From NCBI GenBank assembly GCA_964106645.2, contig OZ067047.1: DNA of 64,000 nucleotides; one strand, given 5' to 3'. This document shows positions 13,161 through 27,778 of this stretch, piece after piece; positions within the stretch are counted from its first letter, which is position 1, and each line of letters begins with the position of its first letter. A program made the translations under genes and the position numbers. The notes below the pieces were generated by a model. That model was not told where the DNA came from and made no database searches. It saw nothing but the letters and a program-made list of their open reading frames with translations. This stretch comes from Podarcis pityusensis. Taxonomy: Eukaryota.

Positions 13161-13751
13161 TTGTAAATGTCCTTCCATCTATATACATAATTGTCTTCAC
13201 TTCCATAGGAAATATACATTCATTTTTGAATGATCAGTACATGGTTCAGGGGCTCCTACTTGAGATCCAGATGGACATGCAGTATCTTTTAGGTGACCTA
13301 ACTTTCAGGAACATCAAACACCATACAGCTTTCTGGGGAAGGAGCTATAAAAATCAATACCATCACATATCACAGGTTCTCTCAGAGCACAGGAAAAGCA
13401 TTGAAGATTCTGCCCAACTCAGGCATCCCCATATAAATTATCCCTTGATAGTATTTCGATTTTTCTGTTTGTTTTTTTTATTACCAGGGTTTGTGGAGGA
13501 GGAAGCTACCAGACTACTATATCTCTATCCTTTCACATCTTTTAGTTTTATCTCCCTGAAATGATTGAACTTGAAAAAGAGTGAAGATTTTTACTAAAAA
13601 GGCGCTGCTTAATGAAGCTTCCCCCCCTCCCTTCAGCTAAAACACACACACACATATATAGGCTAGCTTGTAAATGCACTGCAAGGTATATTAAATGTGG
13701 AGCACTCTTCACTGTTGGGCCCAGTGAGGGTTTTTTGCAGGAATATTATTG

Positions 13752-13922
13752 CCAGTGGTAGAGCATCTGCTTTGCATGAAAAAGCTCCTAGATTCAGCCC
13801 TGGTCATCTCAAGGGAGATGAGTCCTGCCCGAAATCCTGGAGAGCTGCTGCCAGTTGTACAGATGGCCCTGAGCTGGAAGCACCAAGGATCTGATTTGGT
13901 ATAAGGCAGCTTTCCATTTTCC
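13752..13922 (+). mobile_element. Squamate tRNA-derived SINE (Squam3-like); related degenerate copies near 28033-28215 and 33760-33910
   Basis: cagtggtagagcatctgctttgcatg...ctggagagctgctgccag...ggtataaggcagcttt. Confidence 0.65.
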
Positions 13923-14199
13923 TAGTTCAAATAGACAATTATTTTTGTAGTTTTTCTGCTCCCTCCTTCCTTCAGTTGTTCACTTTCAGCCTCACCTTTC
14001 AGGTAAGCATGCTGAGTGAAGCATAGCAACAATTGGTAACTAGGCAGTGATAGCCAGAGAATGCCATTTTCCCCACAACTGCATCCTGATGGTGGAAAAA
14101 AATGGCATGCTGTCATGTATTCAATTTTTGCTCATCTTTGACGTATACAAGGCACAGAAGTAAGCAATTCTACTTTGCTGCTAAGTTGAATGGTAACTA

Positions 14200-14538
14200 C
14201 CATACTTTTCCGTCTATAAGACACCCCCTATTTTTGGGGACTCATATTTAAGAAAATGGGGGGAGATGGCACAGAGGGGTCGAGCTTTTTGGGGGGAGAT
14301 TACCCAGGGGTATCAAGCTTTTTAAAGGGGGGATTGCTAAAAATCTCTCACCCACACACATTACAAAATCCGCCTCCCATTGATGCAGCTACCAATAACA
14401 CACACAATAGACGCTGAGAGCCATGGCAGCAACCAATCAAACGTCCACGCTATGCACTACCCATGTAAAAGACGACAACAACTTTTTAGCATGATTTTTT
14501 AAAGAAAAAAAGATAGTCTTATACACAGAAAAGTACGG
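14200..14538. mobile_element. Tc1/mariner-superfamily non-autonomous element, TIRs related to the 1517 element
   Basis: CCATACTTTTCCGTCTATAAGAC ... GTCTTATACACAGAAAAGTACGG, TA flanks. Confidence 0.75.
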
Positions 14539-17380
14539 TAAGTACCACACTATTATGTATTTTATCTTTGTGTCTGCCCAAATCATCTCTAAAGGCTTGA
14601 GACCAGTTTACTTAAGGGGTCGCCTTACCCGTACATGCAAATTCTGTCTGTGAAATGTCATGCAGTGTCTGCTCTCTGTAAGAAGTCATGCCTTTGTACT
14701 GCACCTGTACTGATGTGGAAACTGATGCAAAATGAACAGAGAACTGAACTTAAAACTGGGAGGTGGGGGGAGAGAGAAACTGAAATTGATAGATCCATCC
14801 ATCTCTATCTTTTCCTCCCCTCTCTGGTTTGTTCTTTTAAGGCCTCTGTTATAGTCCAAAGAGCTGTCAGCTGTTCATTGCAATATAAATTTAAATGAAC
14901 TGGAGCTCCAATGAAAAATTGGGTTCCTTGCACTGACAAAAGGAACAGATTTTTTTTTTTTTTTTGCCTGTTTCAGAAACTTGCACCATGGTTAAATGCC
15001 CATGCACATGATATGGATGGCAAAAGTTATTGTAAATTAATGCATGAAATGAAAAGCTGCAGCAAAAGCAAACTGTACATGTGTCAACTCATTACAGAAT
15101 TTTTCTGTGAAGAGTAAAATGTCAGGAAAGAGGGAGCATAGTCAGTTTACAGAAGACTAATGAATCAGATGTCAATCCACTGCTATATATAATAAGGATT
15201 CATTAGGTGATAATTGCATCCTATATGTAGGATAAAACCAGGAGAGAAGATAAATCTAATATATAGCCACATATAAATGCTGCATAAAGCTTAACATTCA
15301 CATGAGGCCAAATCATATAATACAGCTGTAATTTCCCAAATTGTTGAATAGCCTGCTTTTTCTTATTTTAAACCATTGTATAGACCTAATTCACTATTTG
15401 CCTCTATTTGCAGTGGGGGGAGGGGACCAGTGGTTTTAACAGGAACAAAGTGATCTTTGGTGTTATAATTGAGCCATTAATGCAAAATGTATTTCATTAG
15501 CACTGTTGTCATCTCAATGAATAACCTAACATTGGCTGCATTAGAATTAGTGACTTGCATGTGGTAGTGTAAGTTGAAAAACCATACTGCAAATGGAGAA
15601 AATGAATCTAAACATTATGTTCTTATCAAATGCTTTCATTTTTCAATTTTAAAATGTTATTGGATTTTTTGACATTAGGATGTGAGACTATTCCAATTAT
15701 AATAGTGATACATTAATAGCGTGCTGGGAGCAAAAACACCATTAATAATGATTCAGCACTTATTTTCTTATTGCCCAGCTTTCTTTTAGATTGTGGAAAA
15801 AATGACGTTTTAGTACTTATTTTGAAATGCTATCATTTCCATTCCATGTTGCCCCAGTTATTTTTCAGTTCTGCAAATAAGTGTAATTTTTTTTGGGGGG
15901 GGGGGAGGTTAGACCCTCTGCAGTATTTTTCAGGAAACCGTATCTGAACACTTATGGAAAGAACAATATAATTTTATTGGATATTTAGAGTTAGAGATAA
16001 GACGCTATATATGCATGCACACAACTGTAAACAAAATGCAAATACATAGCCATGGGAAGCTCTGTCTGTTTTCAAGCAATGCTTCCCACTGATATAAAAA
16101 GAATTCCTCAGTGACCTCTGTCGAATTTATGTCACAGATGACATGTTTGCCGCTGAAAATTTTCCTTCAGCACTATTAGAAAAAGCCTGTGCTGAGATTT
16201 CTGGGTGAACATGAGGTGACAGCATTGCTGTAGCAGAGGTGTGTTTTGACACTGCCTATTTCCAGAGCAGCTATGCTCCTTGGCACTGCAGTTGCTTCCA
16301 GCTGTTGACTCCCCTTTTGTGTTAAATTATTAGAGAAGCTTCCGACAAACAGCATATTGATTCACAACACCTGTGCTTTCATATTTGGAGAATCCAACTT
16401 AAGTTCTTTTCCCCTTTCACATCTATTCCCCCTTATCCTACCTGAAAAACAAGTGTAGGTGCTTCATGAATATCTGCAAGGAAATCCAACAGCCATTTCC
16501 CCTCTGTCTTGCTAGCATGGGTTTAAGTGGGGAGAGGACAGTAGACTTAAATCTAATATTTTCTTAAAACAATCTGAAATCAGTGTGGATATAATGCATT
16601 TGGTATAATTTATGCTAAATATTTATACTGAATACAGTATTTTGAATCTTACCACTATTTCCAATTATGCAGGGATCTACTTTTATATTCACATTTCATT
16701 TCTGAGGAATGTCTTCCTCAGTCTGTTCATATTTTTTGCACTTAATCCGCCGACGTTATTTTGCTTTGTTTGTGACTCATGCATGCTTTGACTGCATTCT
16801 GTGATAGCTATCTTGGACATGGTCTTTTTAATTTCCAAACTGCCTGTGCAAGCTGTGGAAATCAAGTTGCTGGAAATGTTAAGAGAAAACCAACAAAGCT
16901 GACATTAGCATTTGCAAAGACAAATCATGATGCAGAGATCTGGATTAAACAAGAAGCAATTTGTTTTAATTCAGAAAGCTGCTTTTGCATTTCAGAGTTC
17001 TTCATTATCACAATATATCACAACTTTATGCCGACAAGTGAGAATATACTTTTAGGGCGATTTCCTGTTGAGCTGCAGTTGTTGGAACCATTACATGGAT
17101 GCCGCAGTAGGGCTTGGAGCTTTATGGAAACACATTCCCAAATACAAAATGGGTGTGACCTCTATTCTTTATGGACAGTTTGCATGCGTTTTAATTCTGG
17201 CTTTTTCCAGCAAATTGCATGAAAGTATGGTCTTGCTTGGGGAGCACAGAACTAACGTAAGGAAGAGAAAGGATAAGTCTTGGCAGCTAAAGAGATTTTA
17301 TATTGGAATGGAGGCTAGAAGAGTACAGAACAGTGACTGATGTTGAGGAAGAATTCAAGGGTCACACACTGTGCCATCAA

Positions 17381-18108
17381 CAGGGGCATATCTAGGGGTT
17401 GGCTGCCACCAAGGGTGCAGGCGGGGAGAGCAAAAATTGTGCCTCTCTCAGCGCCTCAGGGGAACCCAGACACTGGCATGTGGAACCCCCTTCCCAAGCA
17501 ATGGTAGTTTGTGCAGTGGGGCTCCCTGTAAGGACGGCACTGCTTGGCCTTCCATCCTAACATGGCTCCCCACCCTCCACTCCCCCTGCTTGCCATGAGG
17601 CGGCCTTTCAGCAGATGTGGTGACTGAGATATGTCAAGCTAGGCTCTTAATTTACCACAGCCGAGTCACTTTTCCCTGGGTTCTTTCCTGCCTTGACCAA
17701 TTTCCAGCTTGTGCATCGCTGCATGTTTACCAGACAGCAAGGGCCATTGACTAAAACGGGGCTTACTTTTGAATAAAGTGTGCACTGAGGTGCAACCTCC
17801 AAAACCAGTGCCATTCTGCTGGTGCCTTGTCAGAGGTAATGAAAAGGCAAGCAAGGTATTGTCAGAAGTTCTTGCCTCTGGCTTGCTGGATTTAGGCTGC
17901 AGTCCTGTGTACCCACTTTCCTGAGAGTAAGCACCACTGAATTGGGTGTGATTTACTTCTGAGTTGATGTTTATAGGATTGTGCTGTTAAACACCTAGTT
18001 TAAGAGTCATTTGGTAAATGAATTATGTCAATTCCCCCTCCCCGGGTGTTGGCAGGGTGCTGATACATCTCCTTGCCAAGGGCACAAGGGAGTTTATGTA
18101 CACCCCTG
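17381..18108. mobile_element. hAT non-autonomous element (~730 bp) with a short nested repeat at ~17893-17990
   Basis: Ends CAGGGGCATATC / TGTACACCCCTG; TSD GCCATCAA/GCTATCAA. Confidence 0.65.
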
Positions 18109-19807
18109 GCTATCAAAACCAGAAATAATAAATAATTTAGCAGAGCTGATAAAGCTGGAATTGTGAGTGATGATACTAAAATCTAGGTCAGGTGGTTGTC
18201 AGCCAGGTTTGACCAAACCGGGGGCTTCATATTGCCTGCTAATCAAAGAGACCGATGCTGCTTCCCCTATTCCATCTTTATGAAGGCTTTATGACCCTTC
18301 ACCAGTGGTGTTTCCAGGTAGTTCACTAAGCTAGGCCTCAGTCTCAAACCATGAGTTCCTGCTAAAAGTCATGTAGTGTCTGTCACATAGGTGTTTTTAA
18401 TTTCTGATACATTAAAACATCCATTGTTTCATAGGCCAGAGGAAATGTAAATTAAACAAAAATGATAAAACAAAATTGAACAAATAAAATCAAACTAATG
18501 CCAGAGTACTCATTCGTCATGGAATAACTGCTCCTTTATTTAAATGGTAGCAGAAACATCACAGTGGTACGATCATTGTATAATTAAAGTATAATACTCT
18601 GGCTGCTTAAGTTATATGAGATCCTCTCACCAAGCAAACACTCCATATTTGTTATAACAGTTAGGAACTCTGAACAAAACTGTCAAGAGCGGATTTACTT
18701 ACCGGTTAATTAATCATACAGCAAGCATTAATATAGCAATATTAACATTTTTATATTGCTTAATTCACTATGGTACACTTTTCTCACTTCATTTTCTGAG
18801 TGTGTAGTGGCATTGTCCATGCACCAGCTTTCAAGACAGGCTTGCCATGGTTCCTTGTTGATATGCTATAAAACGCAGTTACATTGTTGCTCCATTTGTT
18901 AAGGTCATTTCTGTTTAACATTTTGCTTAGATCAGGATGCATACTGACATTATGGAACCTATGTAAATATTTCATACAGATGCTGTAAAATGTTTCATGC
19001 GCAGCTCTTGGGCTACAGAACTTGAGTTGTTGCTTCCCACATGCCAAATGCCACAGCAGTGGCCAGGGTGGCTGGTCATAAAATGGCCGCACATTCTCAG
19101 TGGCCCCTTTTGCAAAATAAAAACACAAATTTAAAAAGCTGTATTTTACAGATGGCTGGCAGCACATGCGGGCAAGCAAATCCTGTTATTTAAAATCCTT
19201 GCTGCACTGCCAGCCCTCTGGAAAATGAAACTGCTCTCTTTTAAATAGAGTGGGTGATACCAAAGAGAAAGATAAAAAAGTGGGTTCTACTGAGCCCTCT
19301 CCATGTGCAGATACTTTGTCCACACTATAATCTTTTTACCACTTAGCCTCTATTTCCTTATTATTCATGATTTCTTAATAGGCACTGAGTCTCAGGCAAA
19401 ACCAGCTCAAACTTGATGAGAGGCTGAAGAATATGAAAATGTTCAGTTTTGACTTGTGCACGACAAAGATGAGGAACCAGACACTATGCGTTATTTCGAG
19501 AAGATATTTGTTTCTGTTTTAAAAATGCAGGAAGCAAGAGAGCTTCAAAATGACATTATAAGAAACTGTTTAAAGATCAGAGATTAGAACTTTAGTATTC
19601 TCAATGGAGCATGGGATAGTGGCAGCCAATTAATAATACACAGTCAATCAATTCATGCAAGCAGAAGATAAGGACACTTCAAAAATAATCAACTAACTCT
19701 ATCCATGAGAGAATAACAAAGAGATTCAGTAAATATTCCAAAGAAAAAGCAGTGCTAGAAAGGGTTAGCCAATAAATGAATAAATGCACTTTTAAAAAAG
19801 TAGAGAT

Positions 19808-20035
19808 TCAGTGTAGCAAAGTGGCTAGAGTATTGGTGGTACCATAACTGGAGGGAACTACGTTCAAATCCCCACTCAGCCATGAAACTAACTGGGTGAC
19901 CTTGGGCCAGCAACAATCTCTCAATCTGGCCTACGTCACAGAGATGAATAAAATGGAGGTGGGAAGAGAGGCATGGATGGCACTCTGAGCTCTTTGAAGG
20001 AAGGGCAGGATTAAAATATTATAATAATACAATAA
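19808..20035 (+). mobile_element. tRNA-derived MIR-like (CORE) SINE with AT-rich tail
   Basis: A/B box remnants, gttcaaatccccactcagccatg...ctgggtgaccttgggccag core; similar copy at 43598. Confidence 0.7.
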
Positions 20036-21514
20036 AGTATTAGAACACAATATGGACACTTTTTAATGGCAAAAAGAAACTGCCAAGGTGATATTAGCTA
20101 TACAGAATTTATACTGGTCACTGTTGGCAACTTGTTTCATCCCTGACTTATATAGAAACATTGCATACATGCTCTCAAGTCCTCATGGGATCTTTCATAT
20201 CCCAGTTACATGTGTAAACATAAGTTGTCTGAAATTATTCCCATCAGCCTATGATTCAAGAGGTTTCAGGTAGGTAGTAAGGAGACTGGAACCCTGTGGC
20301 ATCATCCCATATACCAAAATCCACAGTGTGGAGCAGCAGGCTCTAGCAACGCCTTCTGGGACTTTACCCATGCAGGAAGGACCAGAATCGCAGCAAAACA
20401 GTACTTAGTAATCCCAGAAGGATACCATGGTTCATATACTGTTGAACTACTAAACCATTGAAAGATCCAGGATAATCACAGCAGTTACACTTTCCCTGTT
20501 TATCTACACCAAGGCAACTGGCCGACTAAGACAATAATAAGCTTAACCCTCCCCTCTCTCTCGCAAAAAAACTGGAGTGCACTAGGCACAATGACCTTGG
20601 TCCCCAAAGACACATGGGACTGTTGTTTACCAGAGAGGTTGAACGACGATTTCATTAGAAACTTCATTGTGCTCTTGCATTTTTAAGTGTGCATTTTACA
20701 AGTCCAGTTATAGTATCACATTAATTCCTGCTTCCTTCACCAAATCTTTTTCCTGACAGCATTGATTTATCATTAACTTTAAAAGTGTTTCTTTGCCTAA
20801 AAACAAAGGAGGCATCCCAAACAAGAAGGAAATAGCCATTTTCATTCAAAGTGGTAGGAAGCCACTTAGAATCTATCATCAGTTCAAAGACGCTTTTGCC
20901 ATCAGAAGAGTCAGATCACGTACAACATTCATGTAATGCAAGAAACCTAACCTTTAATAGAAGAGAAAGAGAAAGAAACATTCTCAGCCATTAAGAAGCT
21001 CTGAATTCCCTTTAAGTAGTTTCCTCCCAGGCATACTATATTTTCCCTAAAAGAAAGCCTTTTCAAAACATTGCTGAAGGCAATTCATTGCTCTGATACT
21101 ATGCTTGATAGCAGTACATCATTTCATGCTGTAACTGCTGTAACTACAAATAGCTGTTGAGATTTCATAGCAGATGAGACACGTACTGTTTAAAAACCAA
21201 CAGCCAGCTATTTGTATCATTATTTTTAAGTTTCTTAAAATCTGCTCGAAGGTATCAGTGCTGTATTTCTCTTGCAATAAGTAAAGTCTTCTTCCCATTA
21301 ATTTTGCTGTCATTTTATATGGTCCAAATTATTTATTTGTTTAGTTATTTTATTTGCAAATTGCTTTCCATGAGAATTCCCAAAGTCATTCACCATATAA
21401 TAAAACTGTTTTACATATATAAACACACACACACACACACACAAATATTGTCACTTCTAATCCAATACCAGTACTAACTGGAATGAAGAACTCCATTTAG
21501 AAGGATCTGCAGGA

Positions 21515-21900
21515 TCATAGAATTCTAGAGCTGGAAGAGATGCTAAAGGCCATCTAGCTCCCTGAAAAGCAGGAATCACAGCAAAAATCTCTGACAGAAG
21601 GCCATCCAATCTCTGTTTAAAGACCTCCAATGAAAGAGAGTCCACCGCCCTCTGAGGTAGTCCTTTCTACTGACAAACAGCTTTTACCAGCAGAAAGTCT
21701 TTCTAATGTTTAGTCAGAATCTCCTTTCTTGTAATTTGAATCCATTGATCTCTGTCCTACCCTCTGGAACAGCAGAAAAACAAGCCTGCTCTATGTGACA
21801 GCCCTTCAGATAATCTGGCTATCACATCACCTCTCCATTTTCTCTTCACCAGACTAAACATGCCCAACTACCTCAACAATACCTCGTAAGGCTTGGTTTC
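21515..21900 (-). mobile_element. CR1 LINE 3' fragment
   Basis: TTCTATGA tail on minus strand and peptide SLSLEVFKQRLDGLL typical of the CR1 ORF2 end. Confidence 0.8.
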
Positions 21901-24365
21901 TTGTTGAAAGCGCAGGTGCCCAAAAGACAACAGAGAAGGTATCTTTCTGATATAATGGAGGGCGTTCCATTGGTTAGACCCAATTATGACTTCATGAGGA
22001 ATGGACTTCCTGATAGGATGGTATCTGCAGGGTCCCTCAGAACACAGTAATCACTTGGGAACATACAGGATGAGAATATATTTAAGTAGCCTGGTCCTAA
22101 GCTGTTACACATACATATATGCTCCAAAATATTTTATAGCAGCCATATGAACAGCCCTGCAAATGTCAGTGTGAGTATGTAGATTCCTGAAAAACTGTTA
22201 CACACCCAGTCTGACTTGGGCATAAATTTCCTACAGAATTAACATGGAGGATCTACAGGACACTAGGCGGCTTGGTACAGGTATTCCAAGTCTGCTTGCA
22301 GTACCTCCCAACTGTGTGTGGCAGGGTTAGACTGGCCAAAGCTTCTCCTGGACGCTTTACCTGCAAGTGACATAAAACAGCTCTCTGAGAACAAACCTCT
22401 ATTGCATCTCTCAGTAATGTTTGCACTAAGTGAAAAACCAGAGCTGCTGTCATCTATTTAACTAATCAGCAAGTATTGTTAAGTCTAGATTCATAAGCTC
22501 TGAATGTACTAAATTAGGTTTTATCATCAAGCCAGCTAGTTGCTCTCCTGCCTAACATACAAAGGTTGCAAAAGCCTTCCACGGGCAGTGCTGTGTTTAA
22601 ATACTCTTTATTCAGACTGGTACAAAATATCTATTCCTATGATATTTAAAGAAACCATTAATAAATAATCCACAAAATGTCTCTGCTGTCTTTCATCTTT
22701 GCAATTTTTTCATTATCACCCCTCCTGGACAATTTGCCACTGGGCCAACAGTTTATCTCATGTGCAAGCAAATAAGGTATGCCTCTTTAAAATTGAGGAC
22801 TATGTTTAGCAAAAAGTTCTAAGACTTTTAAGGCATATTTCTGGATAAAACACCACGAGGAATGGCAAATACCTGCTCCATCAATTATTATTCATCCCAA
22901 GGCAGTGCAATTATTTTCAAAGCTACACGTTCCTTTAAAATCCAATAAAGCAATTTTTGCTTTAATGAATTTACCCACTCAGCAGTATCTAGTGTAGCCA
23001 ACCATTTTATATTATGGTTTCAGCTTGAAAAATGTTCCCAGGTATAATTGTTCCAAAGTAACTAAAAATATTTAACTGCTTAGGTGCACAGTCACAATAC
23101 CTGCATAATGTTAAACAGAGTCACATAATCTAAAGTGGGCATTTAGCCCTTGCATCTATCCAATCTATGTCACAGTGTGCCCCAAATCAAAGGCAGCTGC
23201 TCTCCATAATACTACCATTAGAACCAATATGAGTCATGCTTGCTCTTCTGTGCAAGTTTCAATCACCCGAAGTTATTTAATGATTTCTTTTTCAAAGAGC
23301 TTTATCCTAGAGAAACTTATCCATTTAGTAGCATTAAATACCAAGAGTATTTACCTACTAGTACAAAGAAGCTTTTGTAAAAATTATTGTTAATTTTATG
23401 CATCTGAGCCTGCTTACATTATTGTGACCAGATTGTTTATTTATGTACAGCAAGCAGGGGATATGGGAAGTTGCATGTTTTAACAATTAGATACAGTTGT
23501 GATTAAGGCTGAAACTTCAAAAGGGAACAAACTGCAAGCTTTATTGTAGCAAACATTTGTTATTAAAAGAAACTTGGCTCAGGGGACTGAAAGCAAGGGT
23601 GGTAAGACTGAAAAAAAACCTCTGTTATGAGAACCTATTGAAGAGGGAGGCTTGTCTTCTGCTCCACAGATCAAAAGGAGCTTAGATGTGACATAATTTA
23701 GATTTACGAAACAGAAAGTGTCAGATAAGAATGAAAGAAAGCTCTTCAAAGAAAGAGGTTAACATACAACAGCGTTCTCTTTGCAGCCATAAACAGCAAG
23801 TTATGTTCTCTGCTGTGACCTGTGGTTTTTCTTCTTTGACTAGATCATCATGGTCTGACAAGTTGATCTATGATTATACCAGGCTTCTGGGACTGAAAGT
23901 TCTTTTCTTGTTTGCTCATTCCTTCCATGTTTGTTCATTCTTGCCCTCGTCCCCATTCAGCTGTTGTTTTTGAGTTTTCAAATATCATCTTCATATTAAT
24001 CATTACCACCACTCATCACACTCCCTCATTCATGTCTGAACTCAAAATTAGTTGTCAGGTTGACTAGTGGTAATCTGTCTTCCTTCTTGCATTCAAAGTC
24101 CTCCATGGCTTTTCTCCTGCCTCTGCTCTTATATCACAGTACACACCTGCCCATGACCATCTTCAGCCACCCAAAAGTATTTTGTTTCCACTATTTTGCT
24201 CTTTTTAGACCTCATGCCTAAAACTGCCATCCAGAACTTCTGTGCGATGCTACTTGTCTTACTTCTTACTTCAAATCCTCAAAATCCACCTTTATATTAA
24301 GCCTTTGGCACAACCCCTTATACCTCAGCCTCTGGAGAATCATAGAATCATAAAATTGTAGAGTA

Positions 24366-24604
24366 CAGTGGTACCTTGGTTTAAGAACAGCCCTGTTTAC
24401 AAAATATTCAGTATATGAACTCCGCAAAACCGGAAGTAGTGTCCCGGTTAGCAAACTTTACCTCCGTTTACAAACAGAAGCCGAATAGTGGAAGGGCACC
24501 GGTGGTGGGAAGCCTCATTAGGGAAAGCCCCTCGGTTTAAGAATGGCTTTGGTTTAAGAATGGACTTCCGGAACGGATTAAGTTCATAAACTGAGGTACC
24601 ACTG
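24366..24604. mobile_element. Tigger/pogo-like MITE, inserted next to a CR1-tail remnant (24337-24365)
   Basis: TIRs CAGTGGTACCT / AGGTACCACTG, TA flanks. Confidence 0.85.
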
Positions 24605-26165
24605 TATTAGAATTAGCAAGACCCTGGTTAGTGTCGCCATGCCCTCCTGCTTGGAAGTAGGCCTTTAAATTGCAGATTGGTTCACAAGGGGCCTTTGCTC
24701 ATTCACAATTGGATCCTGGGTGAGGCAGCAGACCTGTAATGTATTACTGAAACCTGGCTGGGCAACACTGGGCAGATTCAATCTGACTCAGCTGTGCCTA
24801 CCTGAGTATTTGGGTTTAGCACCAACACAGGCTGGAGGGAGACATCTCCACTTCTACCCTGCAGGCTAACTTTGACAGATGAGTAAAGCTCCCACCATCT
24901 CTTACCACAGTCTATTCTGCCCAAAGCATCCAGAGGGCACCAGTTTTGGGGAAAGCTGACCTAAGGAGTATGGTATATTCCCTGATTCCCAAAATCAAAT
25001 ATATATACGGTCACAACGAGCACATTCACACAAATTATTCACACAATTAAACCCAGAGTAACTTAGTGAATGGTCAAAATCTTGCTGCGATATTAAAGGT
25101 TTAATTAGAGACAGACTATGGGTCTGTTTTCTTCCCAGAGTAATCAGTTGCAGGAAAAAATGCTTGCACTGCAGGTGCACTGAAGGCACTGAACATCTGA
25201 GACTCCCTGCTGTACCACACAGATCGACAATTTCTCCTGCAATAATGGGACGCAAAAAAAAAAATTCTAACTCTTCTAAATCTTCCCCTCAACTAGGATA
25301 ATCGAAATTAAAATCTAGCCTCCAAGCAAATAATTTATAAACATTTAAAGGCAAATGTGGGAGTGAAGGAGAAATCAAGGAAACAAGCAGAGTGTCAGTG
25401 CCATTAACAATTTTTGTACCAGAGAGTCTGCAAAGATTACAATTTAAGGAAGGGGCACCAGTGGCATACCTGTAAGCACCCTCTGCTTAACAAACCTTTA
25501 TCTTCACCAACTGTCACCCTAACACGTAAAAATAAAATACCTTAATGGATATCAAATGCGATTTAGCAACATTGTGTTTTTAAATACCAGTGTGTAAAAC
25601 AATAACAATTAACTAGCACTCAGTTTTTCAATGAAATAAAACAAGTATATTTTTGTTACTCCATGGCCACAAATGAAATGCACCTAGTCTGGCCAGAAAA
25701 TGACACCTTGCCTCTAATTTCTAAATAGCTTCCAAGGGACTGAGGTTAGAGACAGAATGATGTCAGTTTGCTTCTTTGGAGCACACTGCCCAAATTTTTA
25801 AATGGAAAGTCTGCCCCTGCTTTCAGTTACATTCATTATGTTGTGACTGCTTAACTATCTAATCTCTACTTCACACTTTCTTTTTATCATAATCACTTTT
25901 AGTAACAATTCAAAGGCCTCCAGATATTGCTATCCAACTGGGTTACTAAAGCACACTAGCTATTGTTTTGGCCATGAACTTACCCCACTTTTTCCCCAAT
26001 TTATAGAAACCAAGTGTCATTCCATTCCCATCCCATGTCCCTCTAGGCCCTTCAGGTTCACAACCCTATCAGGCACTCCCACTAAATCTCCCTGAGTTAG
26101 ACTCTGGCTGCTGCACCATAAACCACTGTATCCTCTTTCTGTGACAGTGATGACTGGGAGAGTAA

Positions 26166-26510
26166 AGGTAAAGGTAAAGGTACCCCTGACCTTAGGTCCA
26201 GTTGCGGATGACTCTGGGGTTGCGTCACTCATCTCGCTCTATAGGTCGAGGGAGCTGATGTTTTGTCCGCAGACAGCTTCCAGGTCATGTGGCCAGCATG
26301 ACTAAGCCGCTTCTGGCGAACCAGAGCAGCGCACGGAAACACTGTTTACCTTCCTGCCAGAGCGGTACCTATTTATAAACTTGCACTTGACGTGCTTTCA
26401 AATTGCTAGGTGGGCAGGACCTGGGACCAACAACTGGAGCTCACCCCATCGTGAGGATTTGAACAGCCGACCTTCTGATTGTGTGATTTAGACCACAGTG
26501 CCACCCGCGT
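26166..26510 (-). mobile_element. Sauria SINE, near full length, with TSD
   Basis: (AAAGGT)n tail, tRNA-like head ending ccacccgcgt; TSD CTGGGAGAGTAA (26154-26165) / CTGGGAGGGTAA (26511-26522). Confidence 0.9.
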
Positions 26511-27658
26511 CTGGGAGGGTAACAGTAGACAAACAGAGCATCTCAAGAACACTGGGACTGTTCTTCGGGGGGGGAGCACTCCTTTCATGCACCCTCCTAC
26601 CCCACCCCAAAAGAATTTAAAGGAGGTCTGAATAATAACCTGTCTCTGGCTGCCTTTACAAAATACATAAACATACACAAAACACAAAATTGATCAGTGC
26701 ATGGAATTTTTTTGCAGGAAAAGATAAATGATACTGCCACTCCAGTCTATCAGTTAAAAGTTCAGAAGCTTGTTACTAAACTATCAGTGAAATCTGGACA
26801 TTTTATTGTTAAACTGTTATGTTGACTGTGGTTTGGCTGAGAAAACACAGCAGATTAGCCTGAACTGAGCCCAAGACAACTGCCAAATCCTCTATCCAGT
26901 AGCAGATGGTGCAAGAACTTTAGGAAGCCTTAAAAACAGGAACAGTAAACATTTTTTAATCTGGAGGCTACAGTTCCCATTTTAAAAACCGGCCAGTGGG
27001 CTGCACCACACGTGCACCCGCTGTGCGTCATGCACATATGGTGGAATAAAAAATAAATCAGAAAGTGAAAATACATGCAAGAGCCACTTTAAACTCTTTC
27101 CTGCTAAAAATGCCACTTTAAACTCTGGCAATCATATGATACACAAGAAAAAAACAGTGTCAGTACTAGGTGCCGCACATTTTTAGCAAGGAGGTGCTCC
27201 ATCTTCATTTCCTACTGTCCCATGCAATTATAGTCCCATGCATTTATACTTAATGATAAAAAATCAAAGTAGTTACAGTTGATGAACCGTAATTTTTCCA
27301 ACTGTTTTGATTGTTTGGCAATTTTTGTTGTGTTTCAGGCACCAAGCCATAGGGATCCCCTGTCCTGTGGCTGCTGGTGCAAGGGATCTTGTTGGAGCAT
27401 TGCTTTTCTCCCACATAGGCTAGGGCATTTCAGGAATAACTGTATTCTGTCCACAGCTTCTGATTCGCAATTCTATCTTGATTTCTCTTTATCATTACTT
27501 ATGTCTGTCTAACCTGTTAGGTACGGATTCACAGATTTCCATATAAAAATGTTACGCCTCACACAGGGGAATGTCAACAGCCTTTCAAAGGTCTCTGTAA
27601 TAATTTGCTGTTTGTTTGTTTGGGTGTGTGTTTTTTAGACAATAAAGGGAGGTATTAC

Positions 27659-27778
27659 CTGTCTGCATCCACCGTCACATCATGAACCCCTCTTTGAATA
27701 ACATCTCGGGAGGCTGCTATGTCTGGAATTCGGTTCAAGCTTCTTGTATACAGGTTGAGTCCTCCATCTGTCATGTAA
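27659..27778 (-). CDS. NAV3: NAV3 coding exon (~exon 12), 120 nt: YMTDGGLNLYTRSLNRIPDIAASRDVIQRGVHDVTVDAD
   Basis: Acceptor tttcag|T, donor CAG|gtaata; phase 2 to 2. Confidence 0.96.
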
